Shown here: one piece after another, positions 1 through 8,465 of the stretch
Position numbering within the stretch: position 1 is the stretch's first letter
How the letters are laid out: every line of letters starts with the position of its first letter
NCBI GenBank assembly: GCA_964383485.1
Contig: CAYLHM010000001.1
Location: 1-46,979 of the forward strand
Direction: 5' to 3'
DNA: 46,979 nt
Source: an uncultured Oscillospiraceae bacterium
GTDB lineage: Bacteria > Bacillota > Clostridia > Oscillospirales > Oscillospiraceae
Made by a program: the position numbers and the translations under genes
The notes under the pieces: model-generated
What the model was told of the DNA's origin: nothing
Seen by the model: only the letters and a program-made list of their open reading frames with translations
Databases searched by the model: none

Positions 1-1
1 C

Positions 2-100
2 TCCATGGTGGGCAATGTGTCGAAAATCGACTATGAAAAGTGCGTGGGCTGCGGCACATGCGCCGAGAAATGCCCCGCCGGCATCATTCGCCGGCATTAA
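2..100 (+). CDS. 3' end of a 4Fe-4S ferredoxin-domain protein (possibly RnfB-like), truncated by the window edge
   Basis: Frame from nt 2 reads SMVGNVSKIDYEKCVGCGTCAEKCPAGIIRRH*, containing CxxCxxCxxxCP; followed by a terminator hairpin. Confidence 0.8.
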   Translation, partial: SMVGNVSKIDYEKCVGCGTCAEKCPAGIIRRH

Positions 101-116
101 AGCCAGAAAAAATCAC

Positions 117-150
117 AAATCCCCAAAGTCTCGGCTTTGGGGATTTTTTA
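117..150 (+). terminator. Rho-independent terminator
   Basis: aaatccccaaag-tctcgg-ctttggggattt followed by a T-run, just after the stop at 100. Confidence 0.8.
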
Positions 151-167
151 TGGTGGTTTGGGCTTAT

Positions 168-363
168 AGGAATGACACGGTTTTCAACAGTCTGAAGGAA
201 AGCTGTCATTGCGACCCAGTCCGCTTCAGTGGTGTGGCAATCTCCTAAAGTTTTTGAACGCATCCCTTTATTTGTGAGATTCCCGCGTCCGTGTGCGCAC
301 TGGCTCGGAATGACATAGTTTTTCGGTGACTGGCTCGGAATGACATGGCTTTTCGACAGTTTA
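168..363. repeat. Cluster of TGTC/CGTC-type REP-like palindromic repeats
   Basis: tgtcattgcg...ggcaatctc (204-244) faces an inverted copy gagattcc...ggaatgaca (276-315); actggctcggaatgacat is duplicated at 299 and 329; related copies at 13711 and about 24404. Confidence 0.7.
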
Positions 364-364
364 C

Positions 365-392
365 AACGCCCGGCGGAATCCCGCCGGGCGTT
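365..392. terminator. GC-rich hairpin, probable terminator between convergent genes
   Basis: aacgcccggcgg-aatc-ccgccgggcgtt, perfect 12-bp stem. Confidence 0.6.
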
Positions 393-459
393 TCCTATTT
401 CGGCGCTCCCCGTGGGAGAGCCGGCACACACGCAAGAGCGTGCTTAAGAGGGGCGTACC

Positions 460-1599
460 CTAGTCCCTATAATACACCCTCCGCAGGGGGGCTTGGCCGG
501 GGGCTTCGGGGGCATCTATGGCAAACAGGCCGTACAAATCGTCACAGCGCTGCTCCAGTGTCCAATAAGGCCCCTCAACCGCCTGGCCGATGTGGGGGAA
601 CGCCCCGGCCTGCCGGGCCTGGTTCAGCACCGCCCGGCCCCGCCCGCTCAGTCCCAACACCCGGCAATAGGGTGCGGGGGCGCTGAGCCGTTCCTTGTCA
701 ATCCCCAAAAAGGCGCACAGCACCATGCGGTCCAGGCGGGAGCGGGTATAGCGCTTGGATTTTACCGCTGTCAGCACCCCCTCCAGGGTGGCCTGACGGC
801 GGCTTTCGTGCATCAGCTTCCGCCACAAGCCCTCGGAGCCATAGGGCAGGACTTCAAATTCTTCATCGCTCATGGTGCGCAGCCGGGCCAAAATGCTCCG
901 CTCCCCGGTCTCCAGACTGTGCAGCTTTGCCCCGGCAAAGGCCCCTGGGGGAACAAGCTGCGCCCAGTCACCGCCGGACAGCATCAGGCTCCGAACGGCA
1001 GTGGCAGACGGGCAAGCGGGGTCTGCCTGGGCGGCGTGATAGGAGCCGGGGCGGCGCAAGGGCAGGGGGCGCATGGGGGAATTTTGGGCCAGCAGGGCCT
1101 TGCAGTATTCCACAGCCAGCAGATCGTTGGGCTGGCGCAGGAGGGAAGCATCTGCCCCCAGCTGCTCCAGGGCGGCCTGCCGTGCGGCGGGAAAGCTGAT
1201 TCCCAGGGCCAGCTGGCGGCGCAGTTCTTCCCCAAAAGGCGGGCTGAGCAGCGCCTGGGCGGTTGCCATGAGGGTTTCCGCCGTGCCGCTTTCCGCACCG
1301 AAGCAAAGGTGCGTGCAAAAAGGGGAGAGGAGCTTCACGCCGCCGGCTGCAAAGCCCTCTGCCGAGGACAGGGCGCAGGTCACGGGCAGCTCCAGCACCA
1401 GATCCGCCCCGCAGTCCACGGCGGCCTTGGCCCGGAGGGACTTGTCCACGATGGCCGGGTGGCCCCGCTGGACAAAATTGCCGCTCATCAGGCAGACGAT
1501 GGCGGTATCCGCTCCCAAAAGGCGGCGGATCTCCTGCATCTGGCGCAGATGCCCCAGGTGGAGGGGGTTATATTCGCAGATGATCCCGACGGTTTCCAA
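460..1599 (-). CDS. tmcAL: tRNA(Met) cytidine acetate ligase (YlbM/TmcAL, HIGH-family nucleotidyltransferase)
   Basis: GIICEYNPLHLGH, MSGNFVQRG, SAEGFAAGGV, PNDLLAVEY, SATAVR and KSKRYTRSRLDR motifs; start taken as TTG at 1599; divergent from ackA. Confidence 0.92.
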   Translation of the reverse strand: METVGIICEYNPLHLGHLRQMQEIRRLLGADTAIVCLMSGNFVQRGHPAIVDKSLRAKAAVDCGADLVLELPVTCALSSAEGFAAGGVKLLSPFCTHLCFGAESGTAETLMATAQALLSPPFGEELRRQLALGISFPAARQAALEQLGADASLLRQPNDLLAVEYCKALLAQNSPMRPLPLRRPGSYHAAQADPACPSATAVRSLMLSGGDWAQLVPPGAFAGAKLHSLETGERSILARLRTMSDEEFEVLPYGSEGLWRKLMHESRRQATLEGVLTAVKSKRYTRSRLDRMVLCAFLGIDKERLSAPAPYCRVLGLSGRGRAVLNQARQAGAFPHIGQAVEGPYWTLEQRCDDLYGLFAIDAPEAPGQAPLRRVYYRD

Positions 1600-1720
1600 A
1601 ATTTTCCCTTCTTTTCGCAATTTATTTTCGCTGGGGTCTTGAGAATTTCGGAAAAATGTTATAGAATTAGTATAGCATATTTTCCAAGAAAATGAAATTA
1701 CTTTTTTAGGAGGAAATTCT

Positions 1721-2914
1721 ATGAATGTTCTCATCATCAACGCCGGCAGCTCCAGCCTGAAGTATCAGCTCATGGACCCGGATACCGGCGCTGTGGCCGC
1801 CAAGGGCCTGTGCGAGCGGATTTACATCGACGGCCGCCTGACCCACAACGCCAAGGGCAGCAAGACCGTCCGGGATATCCCCATGCCCAGCCATTCCGAG
1901 GCCATCGCCGCCGTGCTGGAAATTCTGGTAGATCCCGAGTGGGGCGTGATCCAGTCCGTGGACGAGATCGATGCCGTGGGCCACCGGGTACTTCATGGCG
2001 GCATGAAGTTCAGCGACTCCTGCATCATCGACGATGCCTGCATCAAGGCCATCGAGGACTGCATTCCTCTTGGCCCTCTGCACAATCCTGCCAACCTCAT
2101 GGGCATTCGTGCCTGCCAGGCGGTCATGCCCAACACCCCCCAGGTGGCCGTGTTCGACACTGCGTTCCACATGACCATGCCCCCCAAGGCCTACCGCTAC
2201 GCCATTCCCACGGAATACTATGAAAACGACGATATCCGCCGCTATGGCTTCCACGGCACCAGCCACAAGTACATCGCCCGCCGGGCCGCCGAGATCATGG
2301 GCACCACCCATTTCAAGATGGTCAACTGCCATCTGGGCAACGGTTCCTCCCTGTCCGCTGTGAAGGACGGCAAGTGCATGGATACCTCCATGGGCCTGTC
2401 CCCCCTGGCCGGTGTGCCTATGGGCACCCGCAGCGGCGATATTGATGCCTGTGTGGTGCAGTTCATCTGCAACAAGTACGGCATGAGCGTGGACGAGTGC
2501 CTGACCATGCTGAACAAGAAATCCGGCATGCTGGCCCTGTCCGGCAATGTGTCCTCCGACTTCCGGGACCTGTCTGCCGGTGCGGGCAATGGTGACGAGA
2601 ACTGCCGGCTGGCTCTGGACAAGTTCGCCTACGAGGTGGCCAAGTATGTGGGCGCCTATACCGCCGCTCTCAACGGCATTGATCTGCTGACCTTTACCGC
2701 CGGCGTGGGGGAGAACGATGCTGCCATGCGTGCCGCCGTGTGCGAGTACCTGGGCTTCATGGGCGTGAAGATCGACCCGGAGCGCAACGCCATTCGGGGC
2801 AAGGAAACGAAGATCTCCACCGATGACTCCGCCGTGCAGGTCTGGGTCATTCCCACCAACGAGGAGCTGATGATCGCTCAGGATACCGCTGAGCTGGTCA
2901 ATGCCGCAAAATAA
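1721..2914 (+). CDS. ackA: Acetate kinase
   Basis: INAGSSSLK, GHRVLHGG, PLHNPAN, FDTAFH, YGFHGTSH, HLGNG, TAGVGEN, IPTNEE; RBS aggagg. Confidence 0.98.
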   Translation: MNVLIINAGSSSLKYQLMDPDTGAVAAKGLCERIYIDGRLTHNAKGSKTVRDIPMPSHSEAIAAVLEILVDPEWGVIQSVDEIDAVGHRVLHGGMKFSDSCIIDDACIKAIEDCIPLGPLHNPANLMGIRACQAVMPNTPQVAVFDTAFHMTMPPKAYRYAIPTEYYENDDIRRYGFHGTSHKYIARRAAEIMGTTHFKMVNCHLGNGSSLSAVKDGKCMDTSMGLSPLAGVPMGTRSGDIDACVVQFICNKYGMSVDECLTMLNKKSGMLALSGNVSSDFRDLSAGAGNGDENCRLALDKFAYEVAKYVGAYTAALNGIDLLTFTAGVGENDAAMRAAVCEYLGFMGVKIDPERNAIRGKETKISTDDSAVQVWVIPTNEELMIAQDTAELVNAAK

Positions 2915-2927
2915 CTAGTCAAATAGG

Positions 2928-2950
2928 AAAGCCGCCTTTCGGCGGCTTTT
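2928..2950 (+). terminator. Rho-independent terminator after ackA
   Basis: aaagccgcc-tttc-ggcggcttt. Confidence 0.7.
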
Positions 2951-2972
2951 CCACATCTAAGGAGAAATTTGT

Positions 2973-4175
2973 ATGAAATCTGTAACCGAGCGCTTTTTGC
3001 GCTATGTGCGTTTTGATACCCAATCCGATGAATTTTCCGAAACCTGCCCGTCTACGGACAAGCAGCGCATTCTGGCCCAGGCGCTGGCGGAGGAAATGCG
3101 GGCCATGGGCATCGAGGACGCCCGTGTGGACGAGCATGGCTATGTCTATGGCTCCGTGCCGGGGGACGACCGTCTGCCCACCATCGGGCTGATCGCCCAC
3201 ATGGACACCTCTCCCGATGCCAGCGGGGCCCATGTGCAGGCAAAAACCGTGGAGTATGCCGGGGGCGATGTGCTGCTGAATGAGGAGCAGAATATCTGGC
3301 TCCGGGAGGCGGACTACCCCAGCCTGAAAAACCACCATGGCAAGCATCTCATCGTCACCGACGGTACCACGCTGCTGGGAGCTGACGACAAAGCCGGTGT
3401 GGCGGAAATTCTCACCGCCGCCGAGAGGGTGCTGACCCAGCGCAGAACCCATGCGCCCCTGAAAATCGCATTCACCCCCGACGAGGAGATCGGCCGCGGG
3501 GCAGACCGCTTTGATCTGGCTGCTTTTGGCGCAGACTACGCCTACACCGTGGACGGCGGCACCCTGGGGGAGATCGAGTACGAGAATTTCAACGCCGCCG
3601 GGGCGAAGGTGGAGTTCCGGGGGCTGAATATCCACCCCGGCTCCGCCAAGGACAAGATGGTCAATTCCCAGCTCATCGCCATGGAATTTCAGTCCATGCT
3701 TCCGGCACATCAGCGGCCGGAGTGTACCGAGGGCTACGAGGGCTTTATCCATCTGACGGACATGGCCGGCCAGGTGGAGCAAAGCACCCTGCGCTATATT
3801 ATCCGGGATCACGATTTGGAGAAATTCCAGGAGAAAAAGGCCGTTTTGGCGGCTGCGGCCGACTTCCTGAACAAAAAATACGGGGAGGGAACGGTGCGTG
3901 TGGAAATCCATGACAGCTATTTCAATATGAAGAAGTGCATCGAACCCTGTATGCACATCGTGGAGCGGGCAAAGAAGGCCATGCGCAGCGCCGGTATGGA
4001 GCCGAGGGAAGTGCCCATCCGTGGGGGCACGGACGGCGCCAGGCTCAGCTACGAGGGTCTGCCCTGTCCAAACCTCTGCACCGGCGGGGAGAATTACCAC
4101 GGGCGCTTTGAGTATATCCCGGTGGAGGATATGGAGAAGTGCGTGGAAATGCTGGTGCAAATTCTGTATATGTGA
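2973..4175 (+). CDS. pepT: Peptidase T (M20B tripeptide aminopeptidase)
   Basis: ERFLRYVRFDTQSD, AHMDTS, LLGADDKAG, FTPDEEIGRG, IRGGTDGARLS, NYHGRFE. Confidence 0.97.
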   Translation: MKSVTERFLRYVRFDTQSDEFSETCPSTDKQRILAQALAEEMRAMGIEDARVDEHGYVYGSVPGDDRLPTIGLIAHMDTSPDASGAHVQAKTVEYAGGDVLLNEEQNIWLREADYPSLKNHHGKHLIVTDGTTLLGADDKAGVAEILTAAERVLTQRRTHAPLKIAFTPDEEIGRGADRFDLAAFGADYAYTVDGGTLGEIEYENFNAAGAKVEFRGLNIHPGSAKDKMVNSQLIAMEFQSMLPAHQRPECTEGYEGFIHLTDMAGQVEQSTLRYIIRDHDLEKFQEKKAVLAAAADFLNKKYGEGTVRVEIHDSYFNMKKCIEPCMHIVERAKKAMRSAGMEPREVPIRGGTDGARLSYEGLPCPNLCTGGENYHGRFEYIPVEDMEKCVEMLVQILYM

Positions 4176-4191
4176 TCCCCTAACAATATAA

Positions 4192-4228
4192 AACGGCCCG
4201 CAGACTCGATCTGCGGGCCGTTCGTTTT
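4192..4228. terminator. Bidirectional terminator
   Basis: aacggcccgcaga...tctgcgggccgtt hairpin between convergent genes. Confidence 0.75.
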
Positions 4229-4234
4229 GGGAGC

Positions 4235-4519
4235 TTATTCAGCAAAATCAGCATCGCCGGCAACAGGCTCATCGGCAGCGGGCGCTTCCTCCACAGGTAC
4301 TTCCTCAGCAGGTGCTTCCTCAGCGGGAGCCTCCTCTACCGGGGCTTCCTCGGCGGGGGCTTCCACCGGGGTTTCCTGGACGGGCGCTTTCTCACAGCAG
4401 CCCAGCAGCTTCTTGGCCCAGGCGACGATCTTGTCGCCATAGGTGGCGGCCACATACACAGCACCGGCTACGGCGGTGAGGGCAACGACTACATTGACCA
4501 ATGTTTTTACAACTTTCAT
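4235..4519 (-). CDS. Small single-TM protein with acidic Pro/Ala/Glu repeat tail
   Basis: RBS ggagg before the ATG at 4519; hydrophobic N-terminus, then (A/V)P(A/V)EE repeats; upstream TTGCAA-17-TATACT promoter. Confidence 0.8.
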   Translation of the reverse strand: MKVVKTLVNVVVALTAVAGAVYVAATYGDKIVAWAKKLLGCCEKAPVQETPVEAPAEEAPVEEAPAEEAPAEEVPVEEAPAADEPVAGDADFAE

Positions 4520-4611
4520 ATTCAAAGCCTCCATTTTCTTTATTGGATAATGTAAGTATAACCCATTTTCCCATAAATTGCAATCAATATTTGAAATAAT
4601 TTACAGTCACT

Positions 4612-5412
4612 TCACACATAGCCATACATGCCCCGGACACTGGCTTCCCCGGAGTTCACAGTCCGAAGCTCGCCGCTGTCCAGGCGCACCAGCAAAGAGC
4701 CGTCCTCGTCAATGTCCAGAGCCTGACCGTGCAGGCATTGGTCCCCTTGCAGCAGGCTGATCTGCTGGCCAATGGTCATGCAGTTCCGGCGATACTGAGC
4801 CATGATGGCCGCCTTGTCCGGCAAAAGGCGCCGGGAAACACCTTCCAAAGAGCGCATCATTTCGGCGGCCAAGCGGCTGCGGTGAACGCTCTGCGGGGCA
4901 AACATGGACAGGGAGGCGGCCACTTCTTGCAGCTCCGGGGGAAAATCCTCCGCCTTTTGATTGCAGTTGATCCCAATTCCGGCCACGGCATAGTCTGCAA
5001 GTCCGTTGGGGCCAAGACCCAGCTCCACCAGAATGCCCCCCAGCTTGCGCCTGCCATAGACCAGATCGTTGATCCACTTGATCTGAGGACGGAAGCCGGC
5101 GGCGGCCTGAACCGCATCGCACATGGCCACGCCGATGGCACAGGTCAGGTGCATGAGCTGCCGGGGAGGGCCGTTCGGGCGCAGGATCACGCTGAGATAC
5201 ACCCCCATGCCCGGCGGCGACTGAAAGCTGCGGCCCATGCGCCCCCGCCCCCCGGTTTGCCGGTCGGCAATCAGCACGGTGCCCTGGGGTGCGCCCTGGG
5301 CGGCCAGGGACTTGGCGGCGTTGTTGGTGGAGTCGATGCTGGAAAAGCAGTGCAAACGGTCACGCCAGGGGAAATCGTCGCCCAGGAAGCCCAGAATTTC
5401 GGCCTGTGTCAT
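4612..5412 (-). CDS. birA: Biotin-[acetyl-CoA-carboxylase] ligase without an N-terminal HTH (group I type)
   Basis: IDSTNN, QTGGRGRMGRSF, KWINDL, KLGGIL, GIGINCN motifs; C-terminal SH3-like domain. Confidence 0.93.
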   Translation of the reverse strand: MTQAEILGFLGDDFPWRDRLHCFSSIDSTNNAAKSLAAQGAPQGTVLIADRQTGGRGRMGRSFQSPPGMGVYLSVILRPNGPPRQLMHLTCAIGVAMCDAVQAAAGFRPQIKWINDLVYGRRKLGGILVELGLGPNGLADYAVAGIGINCNQKAEDFPPELQEVAASLSMFAPQSVHRSRLAAEMMRSLEGVSRRLLPDKAAIMAQYRRNCMTIGQQISLLQGDQCLHGQALDIDEDGSLLVRLDSGELRTVNSGEASVRGMYGYV

Positions 5413-6830
5413 CAGTCGATATCCTTTAGAATTTCATCGGGCTTCTCATCCAGCATTTCCGGGTGGGCCAAAATGCGCTTGTAGTGCTTGAAGAAGGCGG
5501 CGTAGTAATAGCCGTCGCAGATGCGCTCGTCCATGGTGAATTTCACATCTACATATTTCCGCTGTACCACGCTGCCGTCCTCCGCCAGCTCCACAGCCCG
5601 GCGCTTGATGCCAAAGGCGCCAAATACCGGCAGGTTGCCGAAGTCGTACAGGTGGTGATAGATGGGCATGATGCCCAGGGAGCCCATAGAGGTCAGGAAC
5701 AGAGAGCCGTGGAAGGGGCTGACCTCCAGAAGGAATTTGGGCAGCATTCCAAAGTAATCCAGGGTGCGCAGCAGCCACACGAAGAACTTCAGAAGCACGC
5801 CGGGAATGAGGGTGAACAGGTGGGCCACATTGTCGAAGCTGGAGTCCAGCGGGGTGTTTTTCACCTTTTCAACCTCCGCATTCATCTTGTTATACACATC
5901 TGCGGCGGTATCGTTGGGGGTGAGGTGAACCTTGATCACCGTGTCGGGGGATTCGGCGGACATCTCCTTTTTAATGGTCATGCAGAATTGCAGATCATTC
6001 CCCCGGGAGTACACCTTTTGCCCGGACAGGAAGCGGTTCATGCCCGGATATCGGCAGACACAGCGGCAGTAGGCGGCCAGAATGACATGGACAATGCCGA
6101 AATTGGTCATGCCCTCCTTCCGCTTTTGGCGGATATAGCGGTCGATGTGGGTGACCTCGATGGAGTCCTCGTAGAAGTTGGTGGAGGAATTACGGGTGAC
6201 CATGATGTAGGGGGATACCATGGCCATGGGGGACAGGGTACGCAGGCGGCGCCCATCCTGCCGGTCGCCCCAGCCGGGGTGATACTCGTCCAAGGGGTGA
6301 ATGCGGATCGCAAACACGATGACAAGCAAACCCAGCAGCGCCAGCAGATCGGGCAGAGCCGGCAGCAGCCTTTCCCAGTTGCGCTCCAGCATAGCAGTGC
6401 GGTACAGGTAGCCATAGGCGCTGATCGGGCAGAGCATCAGGGGCAGCAGCAGCCAGTAATACCGCAGCCAGCCGCCGGAGATCTGGGTGTAGATGGCCGC
6501 AAAGAAGAATGCGGCGACCCAGTACAGGGCGCGGACCATGGGGCTGAAGCCGTAGTTCTGGCTGGCGGCGAAGCCAAAGTAGATCGCCATCATCCACACG
6601 GGCACAGCGGTTTTGTAGAACATTTCTCTGCCGCTGAACAGAGTGATGAGCACATAGAGCAAGGCGGCCGCAACCGGCAGAACGATTTGGCTCCACACAT
6701 ACAGGGAACCGCCTGTCCCTTTCACACAGGCGATCACAATGCGGGCCACTGCCGAGCCGACCAGGCACAGTGCCATCAGCCATGTCAGCACATTTTTACG
6801 GCTGACATAGAGGTGTAGTTTTCTTTCCAT
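5412..6830 (-). CDS. Multi-TM membrane domain fused to a 2-oxo-acid dehydrogenase E2/CAT-like acyltransferase domain
   Basis: About 175 aa with 5-6 hydrophobic segments, then GDRQDGRRLR...SPFHGSLFLTSMGSLG...MDERICDGYYYA; stop overlaps the birA start; start chosen at MERKLH. Confidence 0.8.
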   Translation of the reverse strand: MERKLHLYVSRKNVLTWLMALCLVGSAVARIVIACVKGTGGSLYVWSQIVLPVAAALLYVLITLFSGREMFYKTAVPVWMMAIYFGFAASQNYGFSPMVRALYWVAAFFFAAIYTQISGGWLRYYWLLLPLMLCPISAYGYLYRTAMLERNWERLLPALPDLLALLGLLVIVFAIRIHPLDEYHPGWGDRQDGRRLRTLSPMAMVSPYIMVTRNSSTNFYEDSIEVTHIDRYIRQKRKEGMTNFGIVHVILAAYCRCVCRYPGMNRFLSGQKVYSRGNDLQFCMTIKKEMSAESPDTVIKVHLTPNDTAADVYNKMNAEVEKVKNTPLDSSFDNVAHLFTLIPGVLLKFFVWLLRTLDYFGMLPKFLLEVSPFHGSLFLTSMGSLGIMPIYHHLYDFGNLPVFGAFGIKRRAVELAEDGSVVQRKYVDVKFTMDERICDGYYYAAFFKHYKRILAHPEMLDEKPDEILKDID

Positions 6831-6939
6831 AGCAACCATTATATCATGCTTTGGCTCGCTTGGCAAGAAGTTTCGGCAAAAAAGGAGGAACTTTGTATCA
6901 CAAAATTGCAGGGCATTTTTACAAATGCCCTGCATGAAT

Positions 6940-7614
6940 TTACAGAACCTCCACCACCGTCAGGCGCTTGCCCTCCACCCGGAAGCGGATATTTTTGCCG
7001 GCAAAGCACAGGCCATAGATGCGCTGGGGATCATGCTGATAGGCGGGGCGTGGGTCGTGGGACAGCAGATTCTGCGCCGCTGCCTGCTTGTCCTCCGGCA
7101 GAAGTGCAAGGAGCGGGGCCGGGAAGTCCACTTCCAGCATAAAATCCCCGGCAGTGTCGGTGAAGCCCCCCAGAGCATCGGGGTGGCTGTCGCTGTAGGG
7201 AATATAGGGCTTGATGTCCAGGATCGGCGTGCCGTCCATGAGATCGGCGCCGCCCACATGGATCACTGTGCCCTGCTGTGTGGCCTCCAAGCCCAGCAGG
7301 CGCACGCAGGACAGGCCCAAAGCGTTGGGCCGGAAGGGCGAGCGGGTGGCAAACACGCCCATGCGGGTGTTCCCGCCCAGGCGGGGCGGGCGCACGGTGG
7401 GGGACCAGGGCTTGTCTGCGTTTTCGGAAAACTGCCAGATCAGCCACAGGTGGGAAAACTGCTCCAGTCCCCGCAGAGCATCCGCATTGCGGAACTCCGG
7501 CTCAAATACCACCGTGGAGCGCAGCTCCTGCACCATGCCGCTCTGGCGGGGAATGCCGAATTTGCCGGGGAGGTCGCTTCGCATATGGGCAATGGGCCGC
7601 ATGATCAAATCCAT
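6940..7614 (-). CDS. tsaA: tRNA (N6-threonylcarbamoyladenosine(37)-N6)-methyltransferase TrmO/TsaA
   Basis: KFGIPRQSG, TVRPPRLGGN, GVFATRSPFRPN, DGTPILDIKPY, DPRPAY; RBS aggagg before 7614. Confidence 0.95.
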   Translation of the reverse strand: MDLIMRPIAHMRSDLPGKFGIPRQSGMVQELRSTVVFEPEFRNADALRGLEQFSHLWLIWQFSENADKPWSPTVRPPRLGGNTRMGVFATRSPFRPNALGLSCVRLLGLEATQQGTVIHVGGADLMDGTPILDIKPYIPYSDSHPDALGGFTDTAGDFMLEVDFPAPLLALLPEDKQAAAQNLLSHDPRPAYQHDPQRIYGLCFAGKNIRFRVEGKRLTVVEVL

Positions 7615-7625
7615 ATAACCGCCTC

Positions 7626-8465
7626 CTACATACGGGCTTTGCGCAGGCAAAAGCTCACGCCGAAGATCAGCGCCAGGATCAGGGAAATGGCGGCGCCTGC
7701 GGAGCAGCCCCAGAAATAGGACACCGTCAGCCCCAAAATTCCGGCGGCCAAAGCAAACAAAATGGAAATCACATGGTACTGCCGCCAGTTTTTCGCCACA
7801 TTTCTGGCAGCGGCGGCGGGAAGCACCAGCAGGGAGTTGAGAATGAGCAGGCCCACCCAGGGAATGGCCAGGGTCACCACCACGGCAATGGCCGCCGTAA
7901 ACAGGGCCTGGGCAAAGCGCACGGGAATGCCCCGGGAGGAGGCGAGCTGGGGGTGAATGGAGGTCAGGGTCAGGCGGTTGGAAAACAGCACCCAAAAGGC
8001 CACGACCAGAAGCAGCACCAGGGCCAGCATACCGATCTGCCCCGGGGTGACGGAGAGGATATCGCCAATGAGGTAGCTGTTGTATTTGGTAAAGCTGCTG
8101 CCGCCCATGGTGGCGATGAAAATGCCCAGAGCCACGGCGGCGCTGGAAAATACGCCGATGAGGGTGTCGGCGGCCTGGTTACTGCGGCTGCGGACATAGG
8201 AGAACAGCAGCGCAAACACCAGGCTGAACACCACGGCCACCCAGGTGGGGGCTGCCACGCCGCAGATGCAGCCAATGGCAATGCCGGTAAAGGCGGAGTG
8301 GCCCAGGGCATCGGAGAAGAAGCTCATGCGCCCGGTGACAATCATCGTGGACATCAGGCCGAACAGGGGCGCCATGATCAAAACGGCCAGCAGGGCGTTT
8401 TTCATAAAATCCCAGTGGAGCATTTCCAGCGGGAACCAATCGCAAATTGCATACCAAACAGCCAT
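7626..8465 (-). CDS. znuB: Metal (Zn/Mn) ABC transporter permease, ZnuB-like
   Basis: MSFFSDALGHSAFTGIA, LIGDIL, VGLLILNSLLVLPAAAA (ABC-3 family). Confidence 0.9.
   Translation of the reverse strand: MAVWYAICDWFPLEMLHWDFMKNALLAVLIMAPLFGLMSTMIVTGRMSFFSDALGHSAFTGIAIGCICGVAAPTWVAVVFSLVFALLFSYVRSRSNQAADTLIGVFSSAAVALGIFIATMGGSSFTKYNSYLIGDILSVTPGQIGMLALVLLLVVAFWVLFSNRLTLTSIHPQLASSRGIPVRFAQALFTAAIAVVVTLAIPWVGLLILNSLLVLPAAAARNVAKNWRQYHVISILFALAAGILGLTVSYFWGCSAGAAISLILALIFGVSFCLRKARM

Noticed and set aside
299-346. Direct repeats resembling a mini CRISPR array
   Set aside because: Only two 18-bp copies with a 12-bp gap, part of a REP-like element; no cas genes
399-459. Possible ribozyme, riboswitch or tRNA downstream of tmcAL
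   Set aside because: No cloverleaf and no hammerhead, twister or pistol core recognised; better explained as a decayed palindromic repeat
1643-1657. CodY-box-like sequence upstream of ackA
   Set aside because: Four mismatches to AATTTTCWGAAAATT in AT-rich DNA; too weak
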